A stretch of DNA of 64,000 nt, taken from an uncultured Actinomycetota bacterium. GTDB taxonomy: Bacteria; Actinomycetota; Actinomycetes; JAFAQI01. The position numbers and the translations under genes are program-made. The stretch spans positions 192,001 through 256,000 of the forward strand of contig CAVYQE010000002.1 of assembly GCA_963770565.1 (NCBI GenBank). The letters run 5' to 3'. The notes beneath the pieces are model-generated. The model searched no databases, was not told where the DNA came from, and was given only the letters and a program-made list of their open reading frames with translations. Positions 8,964 to 18,244 of this stretch are shown in pieces (the first letter of the stretch is position 1; every line of letters starts with the position of its first letter).

Positions 8964-9968
8964 GTGCGCGATGGCCACGCTCCCGCGATCGCCGACCCGA
9001 TCGAGGATTGGTTCGGCACCCACACGTCGGCGATCGACGACTGGACCATCGACCGGGTCGCCGCCCTGAAAGGCCCCCGGCGGATCAGCGTCGTCCTTCC
9101 CGCGCTCGACGAGGAAGCCACCGTCGGCGACATCGTCACCACGATCCGCACCGAGCTGGTCATGGGCCGGAGCGGGCTCGTCGACGAGGTGATCGTCGTC
9201 GACAGCGGCTCGGCGGACTCGACCGCCGCGGTCGCGGCCGGCAGCGGCGCTCGGGTCGTCGCGCTGAGCGACGTACTTCCCGGCCTTCCACCCCGGCGCG
9301 GCAAAGGCGAAGCAATGTGGCGCGGCCTGGCGGCAACCGACGCCGACCTGGTCGTGTTCGTCGACGCGGACCTGCAGGAGTTCGACTCGCGATTCGTCGT
9401 CGCGCTGCTGGGACCGCTGCTGAGCGATCCGGCGATCCAATTCGTCAAGGCCGCCTACGATCGGCCGCCGACGGATCCTGCCGTACCGAGCAACGGCGGT
9501 GGCCGGGTCACTGAGCTGATGGCACGGCCGCTGGTTTCGGCCTTCTGGCCGGCGCTGAACGGCGTGCTGCAGCCGCTCGCGGGCGAGTACGCCGCGGCCA
9601 CCGAGCTGCTACGCAAGCTTCCGTTCCGCTGTGGGTTCGGGGTCGACCTCGGACTGCTGATCGATGCATATCGAGCGGTCGGGCTCGGCGCCATCGCGCA
9701 GGTCGACCTGCACCGGCGGTGGCACCGCCACTCCGACCTTGCGTCGCTCGGCCGGATGGCCGGCGAGGTCATGCACACCGCGCTGGACCGGCTGGCGGAC
9801 GAGGGTCGGCTACCTGCGGGTCTCGATCGCGAGACGCTGCTGTGGCAGCCCGACCGGGTCGAGGGCGGCGTCCGGCGAGCCGGCCACCGGATCGACACCG
9901 CCGAACGTCCGCCGCTGCGCGATCTGCTCGCGACCGCTCAGGCGACCGACCACAGCGCGACGAAGTAG
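8964..9968 (+). CDS. gpgS: glucosyl-3-phosphoglycerate synthase
   Basis: LPALDEE, GKGEAMW, DAD, GGRVTELMARP, QPLAGEYA; leaderless TACGGT-N7-GTG. Confidence 0.88.
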   Translation: MRDGHAPAIADPIEDWFGTHTSAIDDWTIDRVAALKGPRRISVVLPALDEEATVGDIVTTIRTELVMGRSGLVDEVIVVDSGSADSTAAVAAGSGARVVALSDVLPGLPPRRGKGEAMWRGLAATDADLVVFVDADLQEFDSRFVVALLGPLLSDPAIQFVKAAYDRPPTDPAVPSNGGGRVTELMARPLVSAFWPALNGVLQPLAGEYAAATELLRKLPFRCGFGVDLGLLIDAYRAVGLGAIAQVDLHRRWHRHSDLASLGRMAGEVMHTALDRLADEGRLPAGLDRETLLWQPDRVEGGVRRAGHRIDTAERPPLRDLLATAQATDHSATK

Positions 9969-10609
9969 CTCACGCCGTACGGCGCGGTGTCGGCGAGCAA
10001 CTCGGCGGCCATGACGGTCGCTCCTGCGAGCGCACCGGCGACCGAGTGCCAGGGCGCGAGTCCGCAACACATGAGCTCACTCGCCAGGGTGGCGTCGAGG
10101 TCGCCGAGCCCTTCGATGTCGCCGTCGGCCAGCATCGCGGCGACGGCCCGGTCGAAGCCCTCGGCCCGCTCGTCGAGATAGCCGGGGGCGCGTTCTGCGC
10201 CGCGCGCACTGCCGTCTCCGACGACGACCAGCGCGGTCTCCACGTCGGCTGCCAAGAGGCCGATCGCCGCGGACTCGGTCCCGACGCCGAGATAGCGACG
10301 CGGTCCGTCCCACCCGGTTTCGTCGAGCAACCACGCCCCGATCCCCAACGGCCACGGCAATCGTGACCGCCGATCCGCCGGGACCCGAGGCACCCCGAAT
10401 CCGGTGAAGTCCCAGGTCGCGTCGCGTTGCCACTCTGCGGCGGGTTCGACGCCGGCTAAGGCGACGACCTCGTCAACGCCTTCCGTGGCGCGTCCGATTG
10501 CGGCCAGAGTCGTGTTGCGCAGATGGGCATCGACGGGCGCCGAGCCACCCGCGACCGGCGTCACCAGCAAGGGCGCGGCCGGCACGAATACGACAGTGCG
10601 AATCGTCAT
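9938..10609 (-). CDS. class III extradiol dioxygenase subunit B-like protein
   Basis: VPAAPLL, VVGDGSAR...APGYLD, APYGVSYFVALW. Confidence 0.75.
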   Translation of the reverse strand: MTIRTVVFVPAAPLLVTPVAGGSAPVDAHLRNTTLAAIGRATEGVDEVVALAGVEPAAEWQRDATWDFTGFGVPRVPADRRSRLPWPLGIGAWLLDETGWDGPRRYLGVGTESAAIGLLAADVETALVVVGDGSARGAERAPGYLDERAEGFDRAVAAMLADGDIEGLGDLDATLASELMCCGLAPWHSVAGALAGATVMAAELLADTAPYGVSYFVALWSVA

Positions 10610-11493
10610 GCCAGTGCGCGCCGGCCGACCGCAAGGTCGATGTCGCCGCGGATCGCCGCGACGGTTTGCAACACCCGTCGGGTGGCGGCCACATCGTGGG
10701 CGCGAAAGATCCGCGCACCCAGCCATGCTGCGACCGCGGTCGCCGCGAGGGTGCCCTCGAGCCGGTCGTCCACCGGCAGGTCGAGCACCTCACCGACGAA
10801 GTCCTTGCGCGACATCGACATCAGGACCGGCCAGCCGGTCGCCACCAACACGTCGGTGTTGCGGGTCAGGAGCAGCGAGTGCCGGCTGTTCTTGCCGAAG
10901 TCGTGGGCCGGGTCGATCACGATGCCGTCGCGCCGGACCCCGGCGGTCAGCGCGGCGTCCGCCAAGCCGAGCAGGTACGCCGTCGTCTCGGCGACGACGT
11001 CGTCGTACCAGACCCGATGCGGACGGGTCCGGGGCACCTGGCCGCCGGCGTGCGTGCACACCAGGCCGGCACCGTGGGCAGCGACCGTGGCCGCGAGGGC
11101 AGGGTCGGCGGCGCCCCACGCGTCGTTGATGACGTCGGCGCCGGCCCGGCACACCGCGTCGGCCACCTCCGACCGCCAGGTGTCGACGCTCAGCACGGCG
11201 TCCGGGTGTTGTGCGCGGGCGCCCTCGACCACGGGCAGCACCCGACGGAGCTCCTCCGCGGCGTCGACGTCACCGCCGGGGCCGGCCTTCACGCCGCCGA
11301 TATCGACGATGTCCGCGCCGTCGGACACGACCTGCGCGATCCGGTCGAGGGTGGCGGCAGTGCCGAAGTTTCGACCGCGGTCGAAGAACGAGTCCGGAGT
11401 GGCATTGACGATCGCCATCACGCCGAGGTCGCCGACCCCGAAGACCCGGCTGCCCCATCGCAGGTCTGAGCCCGCTCGGCCGCCGGAGGTCAC
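10606..11493 (-). CDS. folP: dihydropteroate synthase family, FolP2-type
   Basis: NATPDSF, DIGGVKAGPG, VDTWR, DPAHDFGKN, RAHDV; leaderless TACGAT-N7-GTG. Confidence 0.9.
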   Translation of the reverse strand: MTSGGRAGSDLRWGSRVFGVGDLGVMAIVNATPDSFFDRGRNFGTAATLDRIAQVVSDGADIVDIGGVKAGPGGDVDAAEELRRVLPVVEGARAQHPDAVLSVDTWRSEVADAVCRAGADVINDAWGAADPALAATVAAHGAGLVCTHAGGQVPRTRPHRVWYDDVVAETTAYLLGLADAALTAGVRRDGIVIDPAHDFGKNSRHSLLLTRNTDVLVATGWPVLMSMSRKDFVGEVLDLPVDDRLEGTLAATAVAAWLGARIFRAHDVAATRRVLQTVAAIRGDIDLAVGRRALA

Positions 11494-11539
11494 CGGATCA
11501 ATCGTAGAGAGCCGGCCGGCCGGCCCGCGGACCCAGCCA

Positions 11540-11618
11540 AGCAATGTCACATTGCCCAGGCTTATCGGGGGGTGCTGTCACATTGCCCCCGGCTTTGCCG
11601 GGGCAATGTGACATTGCT
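11540..11618. repeat. 79-bp palindromic REP/MITE-like element, family A, copy 1
   Basis: 18-bp terminal inverted repeats AGCAATGTCACATTGCCC/GGGCAATGTGACATTGCT plus an internal third copy; second copy at 44108-44186. Confidence 0.85.
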
Positions 11619-12924
11619 AGGTCGGGGTTCGCTCGTCGACGATGCGACGCATCTTGCCGACCGACCGCTCGATCCCCTCGGGTTCGACCACTTCGACGTC
11701 CAGGCTCACGCCGATCGTCGCCTTGACCCTTGCCGCGAGCGCTGCGCCGGCCTGGGTCGCGGACGCCGGATCGCTCTCGACCCGGCGCTCCACCCGCACC
11801 GTCATCGAGTCGAGCCGCTCCTCGCGTCGCAACACGCACTGGAAATGCGGCGACAGCTCCGTCGTACGGAGGATCAGCTCTTCGATCTGGGTGGGGAACA
11901 GGTTCACGCCGCGCAGGATGATCATGTCGTCCGAGCGGCCGGTGATCCTCTCCATCCGGCGCATGTTCCGAGCCGTGCCCGGCAGCAGCCGGGTGAGGTC
12001 ACGGGTGCGATACCGGATGATCGGCATCGCCTCCTTAGTCAACGACGTGAAGACCAGCTCGCCCTCCTCGCCGTCCGGGAGCACCTCGCCGGTCTCGGGG
12101 TCGATCACCTCGGGATAGAAGTGGTCCTCCCAGATGTGCAGGCCGTCCTTGGTCTCGACGCACTCGTTCGCGACGCCCGGGCCCATCACCTCGGACAGGC
12201 CGTAGATGTCGACCGCATGCATGTCGAGGCGCCGCTCGATCTCCTCGCGCATGTCGTTGGTCCACGGCTCGGCGCCCAAGATGCCGACCTTCAACGAGGT
12301 CTTCTGCGGGTCGATTCCCTGCCGCTGCATCTCATCGACGATCGCCAGCAGGTACGACGGGGTGACCATGATGATGTCCGGCTCGAAGTCGCGGATCAGC
12401 ATCACCTGCCGCTCGGTCATGCCGCCCGAGACCGGGATCACGGTGCAGCCGAGCGCCTCGGCGCCGTAGTGCGCGCCGAGCCCGCCGGTGAACAGGCCGT
12501 ATCCATACGCGACGTGGACCCGGTCGCCGGGCCGCCCGCCCGAGGCCCGGATCGACCGTGCCATCACCGTGGCCCAGGTCTCGAGATCCTTCGCGGTGTA
12601 GCCGACGACGGTCGGTTGACCCGTCGTGCCGGACGACGCGTGGATTCGCCGTACCTCTTCTCGCGGTACGGCGAACATGCCGAACGGGTAGTTGGCCCGC
12701 AGATCTGCCTTGGTAGTAAAGGGAAACTCGGCGATGCCGGCGAGCTCGGTGCAATCGTCGGGGTGGACCTGCGCCGCGTCGAACGCGGCCCGGTAATGGG
12801 CCACGTTGTCGTATGCGTGCTGCAGAGACCAGTGCAGTCGCTCGAGCTGCAGCGCGCGGAGCTCGTCGATCGAGGCGCGTTCGATCGGCTCGAGAGCCTC
12901 GGGCGACGGGGTCCGATCGAGCAC
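11617..12924 (-). CDS. paaK: phenylacetate-CoA ligase
   Basis: HASSGTTG, GLFTGGLGAHYGAE, IYGLSEVMGPG, RYRTRD. Confidence 0.93.
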   Translation of the reverse strand: MLDRTPSPEALEPIERASIDELRALQLERLHWSLQHAYDNVAHYRAAFDAAQVHPDDCTELAGIAEFPFTTKADLRANYPFGMFAVPREEVRRIHASSGTTGQPTVVGYTAKDLETWATVMARSIRASGGRPGDRVHVAYGYGLFTGGLGAHYGAEALGCTVIPVSGGMTERQVMLIRDFEPDIIMVTPSYLLAIVDEMQRQGIDPQKTSLKVGILGAEPWTNDMREEIERRLDMHAVDIYGLSEVMGPGVANECVETKDGLHIWEDHFYPEVIDPETGEVLPDGEEGELVFTSLTKEAMPIIRYRTRDLTRLLPGTARNMRRMERITGRSDDMIILRGVNLFPTQIEELILRTTELSPHFQCVLRREERLDSMTVRVERRVESDPASATQAGAALAARVKATIGVSLDVEVVEPEGIERSVGKMRRIVDERTPT

Positions 12925-13029
12925 TTCGCTTCCTTTCCCGGGAGTCCGCAACCCGGACGGTACCGGGGGGTGACGATGTTGCCCAGAAACCCGGATGAGG
13001 TCTGCGCCCGAATTTGGCAGACTGATCGG

Positions 13030-13656
13030 GTGACCCTCGCGCTGATCGAGTTCTCCGCGGCGGCGGCCCTGATCGTGCTGCTTCCCGGACCGGACACGCT
13101 CGTCGTCATGCGCTCCCTGCTCCGGGCCGGGCACCGCCAGGCCAGACGGACGGTCTGGGGTGTGCTGACCGGGCTAAGCATCTGGGCCACCTGCGCCGTG
13201 CTCGGTTTGTCCGCGCTGCTGCAGGCCAGCCACGACGGCTACACCGCACTTCGGATCGCCGGCGCGGTCTACCTGTGCGTGCTCGGGATCCAGGCTTTCC
13301 GCGCCCGCGGGGTCACCGCGGAAGTTGACCGCGACCCGAGCCACGCCCGCCGGCGCGGACTGATCGGCGCCGGCTACCTCGCCGGTCTCACCACCGACCT
13401 GCTGAACCCGAAGGTCGGCGTCTTCTTCGTGACCTTCCTGCCCGCCTTCGTGCCGCACGGCGAGCCGATCGGTCGGGTGACCCTGCTCTTCGGCGCGATC
13501 TTCGTGATCGAGACCGGCCTGTACTTCGTGGTGCTGATCCGGTTCGCCAACCGGCTGGTCGCCGGGATGCGCAAACCACGAGTACGGCGCGCGCTCGACC
13601 GGGCCACCGGCGCCGTACTGGTCGGCTTCGGCGTCCGGCTAGCCCTCGAGTCTTAG
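13030..13656 (+). CDS. LysE/RhtB family translocator
   Basis: LPGPD, GAVYL, LLNPKVGVFFVTFLPAF. Confidence 0.9.
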   Translation: MTLALIEFSAAAALIVLLPGPDTLVVMRSLLRAGHRQARRTVWGVLTGLSIWATCAVLGLSALLQASHDGYTALRIAGAVYLCVLGIQAFRARGVTAEVDRDPSHARRRGLIGAGYLAGLTTDLLNPKVGVFFVTFLPAFVPHGEPIGRVTLLFGAIFVIETGLYFVVLIRFANRLVAGMRKPRVRRALDRATGAVLVGFGVRLALES

Positions 13657-13746
13657 CCGGGGAGCCCGAGCGCCGAGCGCACCCACGCTCGGATCCGGCC
13701 CAAGCACCGGGTACCCAAAGTGCGGCCCTCAGGGCGTTAATGAGGT

Positions 13747-14247
13747 GTGAGCACTGGGTTCGACGAGTGGGCGGCCGCCCGCGGGCCGGCTCTCATCCGG
13801 TTCGGCTACCTGCTGACCGACGACCGTCATCTCGCTCAGGACCTCACCCAAGAGGCGCTGGCCCGCGTGCACCGTCGGTGGCGGCGGCTCGCGGCGGACG
13901 GCTACCCGGACGCGTATGCGCGCAAGATCATGGTCAACCAGCTGACCTCGTGGCGGCGTCGCCGTTCCTTCTCGGAACGAGCGACCGGAGAGGTCGACGT
14001 AACAGTTGCCACGGTCGAGTTCGACCAGGCATCCACCGACCGGCAGGCGCTCTGGCAGTTGATCAGCGGCCTGCCGACCCGGCAGCGCGCCGTCATCGTG
14101 TTGCGCTACTACGAGGACCTCGACGACGAGTCGATCGGCCAAATCCTGGGCTGCGCGTCGAGCACCGTACGCGTGCACCTACGTCGCGGGCTGAGCACAC
14201 TTCGCACGCATCCCATCACCGGGGAGTTTGCAGGGAGGACCACATGA
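13747..14247 (+). CDS. ECF RNA polymerase sigma factor (Streptomyces SigE-like)
   Basis: AQDLTQEAL, LPTRQRAVIVLRYYEDL, STVRVHLRRGL. Confidence 0.9.
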   Translation: MSTGFDEWAAARGPALIRFGYLLTDDRHLAQDLTQEALARVHRRWRRLAADGYPDAYARKIMVNQLTSWRRRRSFSERATGEVDVTVATVEFDQASTDRQALWQLISGLPTRQRAVIVLRYYEDLDDESIGQILGCASSTVRVHLRRGLSTLRTHPITGEFAGRTT

Positions 14248-14840
14248 CTGATCTGGACACGATGATCCGTGACTGTCTGCAAGAGCACGCGCAAATGGCA
14301 CCCGGCATTGAGCCCCTCACCGGCGTGCAGGTCAGAAGCCGCAAGGTTGCTCGACGGCAGTGGCTCGTGCTCGCTTCCGCGACTGCGGCTGTCCTGGTCG
14401 TCACCGCAGGCATCACGTTAGGCATCGCCCGATCCACGCCGACCCACGCAGGCGGCCACGGTCATGCGGTGATCGTTGTGCAGGCCTCCCCGACGCCGAC
14501 CTTCGAATCGCCGACTTGTCCGCCCGGCGAAGCGCCCAACCTCGCGGTTGACAAGGGCACCCCGCCACAACCGGTCAGCAGCTTGGTACCGCAGAGCGAC
14601 TCGTTCGCGTTCGTCATCGGCCAGGACCCGGCGTTCTTCGTCAACGGCCAGGCACCGGCCCACAACACGTTGTGGATCCTGGCGCGCGATGCAAGCGGTG
14701 ACATTACGCGCTTCATCGTCAGCGATCCCAACACGCCGTTGTCGGACCAGGGTTCCTCGGGTGACGGTTCGACCGACAACGTCGAGGGTGTCAACGGCTG
14801 GTTGGCGACCTTTGCCGGATGCCAGGCGCAGAGTTCCTGA
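14244..14840 (+). CDS. putative membrane-anchored anti-sigma/partner protein
   Basis: ATGA-coupled to the ECF gene; short cytoplasmic N-terminus, one TM helix, extracytoplasmic domain. Confidence 0.6.
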   Translation: MTDLDTMIRDCLQEHAQMAPGIEPLTGVQVRSRKVARRQWLVLASATAAVLVVTAGITLGIARSTPTHAGGHGHAVIVVQASPTPTFESPTCPPGEAPNLAVDKGTPPQPVSSLVPQSDSFAFVIGQDPAFFVNGQAPAHNTLWILARDASGDITRFIVSDPNTPLSDQGSSGDGSTDNVEGVNGWLATFAGCQAQSS

Positions 14841-14867
14841 GCGGCAGGTCGCCAACCATCGTCCGGT

Positions 14868-14892
14868 TAGGTTGATGTCAGTCACTGCCGTC
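14868..14892 (+). promoter_or_regulatory. -10 box plus imperfect palindromic operator upstream of SDR
   Basis: TAGGTT followed by GATGTCAGT-C-ACTGCCGTC (7/9 symmetric). Confidence 0.4.
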
Positions 14893-14908
14893 GACGCTGG
14901 AGAACGTC

Positions 14909-15826
14909 ATGCGGATCTTCCTCACCGGCGCATCCGGCTGGATCGGCTCGCCGACGACCAGCAAGCTCATCGACGCCGGCCATCAGGTCATCGGGCTGGC
15001 TCGCTCGGACCAAGCCGCCGCCACGGTGGCCGGATTGGGCGCCGGGGTCGTACGCGGCAGCCTCGATGATCTCGATCTGCTGCGCGCCGAGGCGGCCCGG
15101 TCGGACGGCGTCGTCCATCTCGCGTTCCGGCACGACGTCGCCTTTAGCGGTGACTACCAAGCCGCGGCCGACAGCGACCGGTTGGCGATCGAGGCACTTG
15201 GTTCGTCGCTGGAAGGCTCTGATCGCCCGCTCATCGTAGCGTCCGGCACGCTGGGTCTCGCTCCCGGCCGGGTCGGAACCGAACGCGACCGGCCGGACCC
15301 GAGCCAGCACCCTCGGATCCAGAACGCGTACACCGCCTTGGCGCTGGCCGACCGTGGCGTGCGATCAGTCGTGATCCGCTTCGCACCGACCGTCCACGGG
15401 GTTGGTGACCACGGCTTCATCGCCACCCTCGTCGACATCGCGCGCGACACCAATGTGTCGGCCTTCATCGGTGAAGGCGCGAACCGCTGGCCCGCCGTTC
15501 ATCGATTCGACGCGGCCGACCTTGTCGCACGAGCGGTCGAGAAGTCCCCCGCCGGCTCGGTGCTGCATGCCACCGCCGAGACCGGCGTTCCTACTCGCGA
15601 CATCGCAGCCGCGATCGGCCGCCAACTCGGGCTACCCGTCGCGCCCATCCCGGTTGAGCAAGCAGCGGGGCACTTTCGCCACCTCGGCCAGTTCTTCGCG
15701 GCTGATGCACCCGCCTCGAGCGACCTCACCCGAGAACTGCTGGATTGGCAGCCGACCGGACCCGGCCTCCTCGCCGACATCGACGCCGGCCGCTACACCT
15801 CAAGCGGGCCGCAGACCCCCAAGTAG
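14909..15826 (+). CDS. SDR family NAD-dependent epimerase/dehydratase
   Basis: TGASGWIG, HLAFRHD, RWPAVHRFDAA. Confidence 0.88.
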   Translation: MRIFLTGASGWIGSPTTSKLIDAGHQVIGLARSDQAAATVAGLGAGVVRGSLDDLDLLRAEAARSDGVVHLAFRHDVAFSGDYQAAADSDRLAIEALGSSLEGSDRPLIVASGTLGLAPGRVGTERDRPDPSQHPRIQNAYTALALADRGVRSVVIRFAPTVHGVGDHGFIATLVDIARDTNVSAFIGEGANRWPAVHRFDAADLVARAVEKSPAGSVLHATAETGVPTRDIAAAIGRQLGLPVAPIPVEQAAGHFRHLGQFFAADAPASSDLTRELLDWQPTGPGLLADIDAGRYTSSGPQTPK

Positions 15827-15896
15827 CGGAGTCGTTGGCCTCGTCAACTCGAGGTGGATACCCGGATCAGTAGCTTGCTGATCGCCCTCATTCCGC

Positions 15897-16571
15897 TCAG
15901 TGGTGCGTGAAGGTGTGAGTCTTCATGACCAGCCGGTTGACGCGCGTCGCCGTGAGCTGGGCGTATGAAACATCGGCGGGGGCCGTGCCATCGCCGATGT
16001 TCTCGCAGTAGAGCCCGAGCCGCTGATCGCCAGACATCACGAATTGGTCGGTGATCGTCAACGAGTCTTCGATCAGGTAAGAACTGGCGTTGGTTCGCTC
16101 GCCATCGTCAAGGTCGTTGTGTGGTGACGAGGAGACCGGAGAGAGGTAGCAACGAATGTCCCCGCCGTTGCCACCCCCGACCAGAGAGACTGCCGCGGTT
16201 GAGCTCACCGTGTAGACACCGTGGGGCAGGATCGATGTCATGGCCATGAGATTGGCGACCTGCGTCCCCTTCACCTTCTTCCCGTTGAAGTAACTTTGAC
16301 TGTCGGCGGCCTTCAGTCTTCCGACGTACGCGAGCGTCTCGCCAGCTGGACCTCGCCGGCCCTGTTCGTTCCAGACCACACCCTTCTCTCCCGATCGGCA
16401 CGAGTACGTCTTCGGTGTGATCACGATCGCGTGGATGCGCAGGGCGCCACTGGAGGTCTTGAAACAGCCCTCGATCACATGGTCGGCGCGTGGCGTTGTG
16501 GCGGCGTGGGCGACGGTGGCGGCAGCGACCAGGGCTGCCACACCCCCAGCTGCCAGGATTCGGTGTGACAT
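15897..16571 (-). CDS. secreted hypothetical protein with short collagen-like linker
   Basis: Signal peptide (VAHA), GCFKTSSGALRI..C..GEKGVVWNEQGRRGPAG; AAGGAGG RBS. Confidence 0.65.
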   Translation of the reverse strand: MSHRILAAGGVAALVAAATVAHAATTPRADHVIEGCFKTSSGALRIHAIVITPKTYSCRSGEKGVVWNEQGRRGPAGETLAYVGRLKAADSQSYFNGKKVKGTQVANLMAMTSILPHGVYTVSSTAAVSLVGGGNGGDIRCYLSPVSSSPHNDLDDGERTNASSYLIEDSLTITDQFVMSGDQRLGLYCENIGDGTAPADVSYAQLTATRVNRLVMKTHTFTHH

Positions 16572-16665
16572 AACAGTCCTCCTTCGACAGACCGTCTCAG
16601 TGTTGTCGTGAGATACGAGAACCCCGCTTCGACAAGAGAATCCGTTCGGGTGCGAGAAGCACGCC

Positions 16666-18126
16666 TCAGACTCCGAGGTAGATGAAGCCGTTGGCTTCGT
16701 CGCGAAACTGGACTCCGGCTTCACGCAAGGGAGCGTCCCAGTCGCCGAGGCAGTTCGGATCCGCACCCTCGGAGCCGTGGTCCGCGGTGAGCAGGATCGT
16801 GGTCGAGTCGAGCGCGCCGATCCGCTCGAGGTGATCGAGGAACACGCCGAGCCGGCGGTCGGCATCCCGCATCGCCGCGTGCGCAATCGGCGAGTGCGGT
16901 CCGCCGCTGTGATGACCGGTATCGGTGAGCAACGTGTTCCACCAGCTCAGCCGGGGCGCCTCGGCCAGCGACGGCCAGAGGTCGAGCATCTGCGTCAGGC
17001 CGATGCCGTCGACCGACGACGACCAGGCATAGTCCTTGTCGGTCTCGACGTACTCCTGGGTAGCGTGCGGATCTTCACGCGGTGAGGGCAGCCGCGAGTC
17101 GGTAGGCAACACCCCGTCGTCGTCGCCCGACGCGCGCACCAGCTCGAAGGTCGAGTACGACGCCCCCGAGTCGGCGGGTTCGTTGACGCACGCAGTCGGC
17201 CCCTCGACCCGTTCGAAGACGGTCCGGACACCTGGCGCGAGCCACTCCGCCCAGCGATGCCAGGTCCGGGCATCGTTGGTGAGCCGTTGAGCCGCCGCCG
17301 AACGGTCGTAGTACGCGTTGTTCACGATGCCGTGCCGACCCGGCCCGACGCCGGTCAGCGCACAGGTGTGGTTGACCAGCGTGACGCTCGGAAACTCCGC
17401 GACCGCGCCACCGGTCAGCGCACATCCGCGGGCGAGCAGCCGCGCCACCGACGGAAGCTCACCCGCAGCCGCCAGCGCATAGAGCGAGTTGGAGTTGCAC
17501 CCGTCCCACAGCAGGCCGATCACTCGCGAGTCGGGCCGCGGCACGAGCAGGTCGACGAGCGCCTGGCCGTCCATGTCGCCCAGCGACGCGAGCGACGTGC
17601 CTGCCAGCCAGGCCAGAGTGGGCGCAACGTCGACGACCCGCGCCGCGACCGGGATCAGGCCGCGCCCCAAGACGTCAGGCCCGGACAGGATCAGCGGTGC
17701 CCGCGACTGCACGACCGACAACGATCCGTGCTCGCCGCGGTGCCCACCGCGATCCGGGAAGTAGTGCCGACCGGTGTGTACGACGGCGATATCGGGAGCG
17801 GCCGGCGCGGCGAACAGCGAGATCAACCGCTCGGCTGCCCACGGGTAGGAGTTGCGCTCGTTCGGCGGGGACGGATCCGCGAGCTCGGCGGCCAGCGTCG
17901 AGAACGCCAGCGGGTCCTGCGACGCGACCGGGTCGCGTCCACGCAGCACGTCAGCCGGCGCTTCGGGATCGACCCGAGAGAGCCTCGACGCCCCGCCCGC
18001 GTTGGCGACCACGATCGAGGTGTCGTCGGCGTACGCGACCAAGTCGACCACCTCGGCCAGCGACGAATCGCAGAGCACGTCGACGGCCAGCTCGCGCATG
18101 ACGTCGAGTGCGCCCGGTGCGGTCAT
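16666..18126 (-). CDS. alkaline phosphatase superfamily / nucleotide pyrophosphatase-like protein (circularly permuted)
   Basis: WDG, PSVTLVNH, DTGHH, TADHG, GEHG, DVAPT. Confidence 0.85.
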   Translation of the reverse strand: MTAPGALDVMRELAVDVLCDSSLAEVVDLVAYADDTSIVVANAGGASRLSRVDPEAPADVLRGRDPVASQDPLAFSTLAAELADPSPPNERNSYPWAAERLISLFAAPAAPDIAVVHTGRHYFPDRGGHRGEHGSLSVVQSRAPLILSGPDVLGRGLIPVAARVVDVAPTLAWLAGTSLASLGDMDGQALVDLLVPRPDSRVIGLLWDGCNSNSLYALAAAGELPSVARLLARGCALTGGAVAEFPSVTLVNHTCALTGVGPGRHGIVNNAYYDRSAAAQRLTNDARTWHRWAEWLAPGVRTVFERVEGPTACVNEPADSGASYSTFELVRASGDDDGVLPTDSRLPSPREDPHATQEYVETDKDYAWSSSVDGIGLTQMLDLWPSLAEAPRLSWWNTLLTDTGHHSGGPHSPIAHAAMRDADRRLGVFLDHLERIGALDSTTILLTADHGSEGADPNCLGDWDAPLREAGVQFRDEANGFIYLGV

Positions 18127-18194
18127 GACATCGACACTAACGACCGGCTCGGCCGACGCAGGTCCGTAACCGGCGAAGCCAGGCCGCGAACGAC

Positions 18195-18232
18195 GAACCG
18201 CCCCGCGAACCAAACGGTTCGCGGGGCGGTTC
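18195..18232 (-). terminator. hairpin terminator downstream of the whiB7 operon
   Basis: 17-bp perfect stem GAACCGCCCCGCGAACC / GGTTCGCGGGGCGGTTC with 4-nt loop. Confidence 0.75.
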
Positions 18233-18244
18233 AGGCCCGGCCAC

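Noticed and set aside
8911-8964. IdeR iron box between ideR and gpgS
   Set aside because: No TTAGGTTAGGCTAACCTAA-like sequence is visible.
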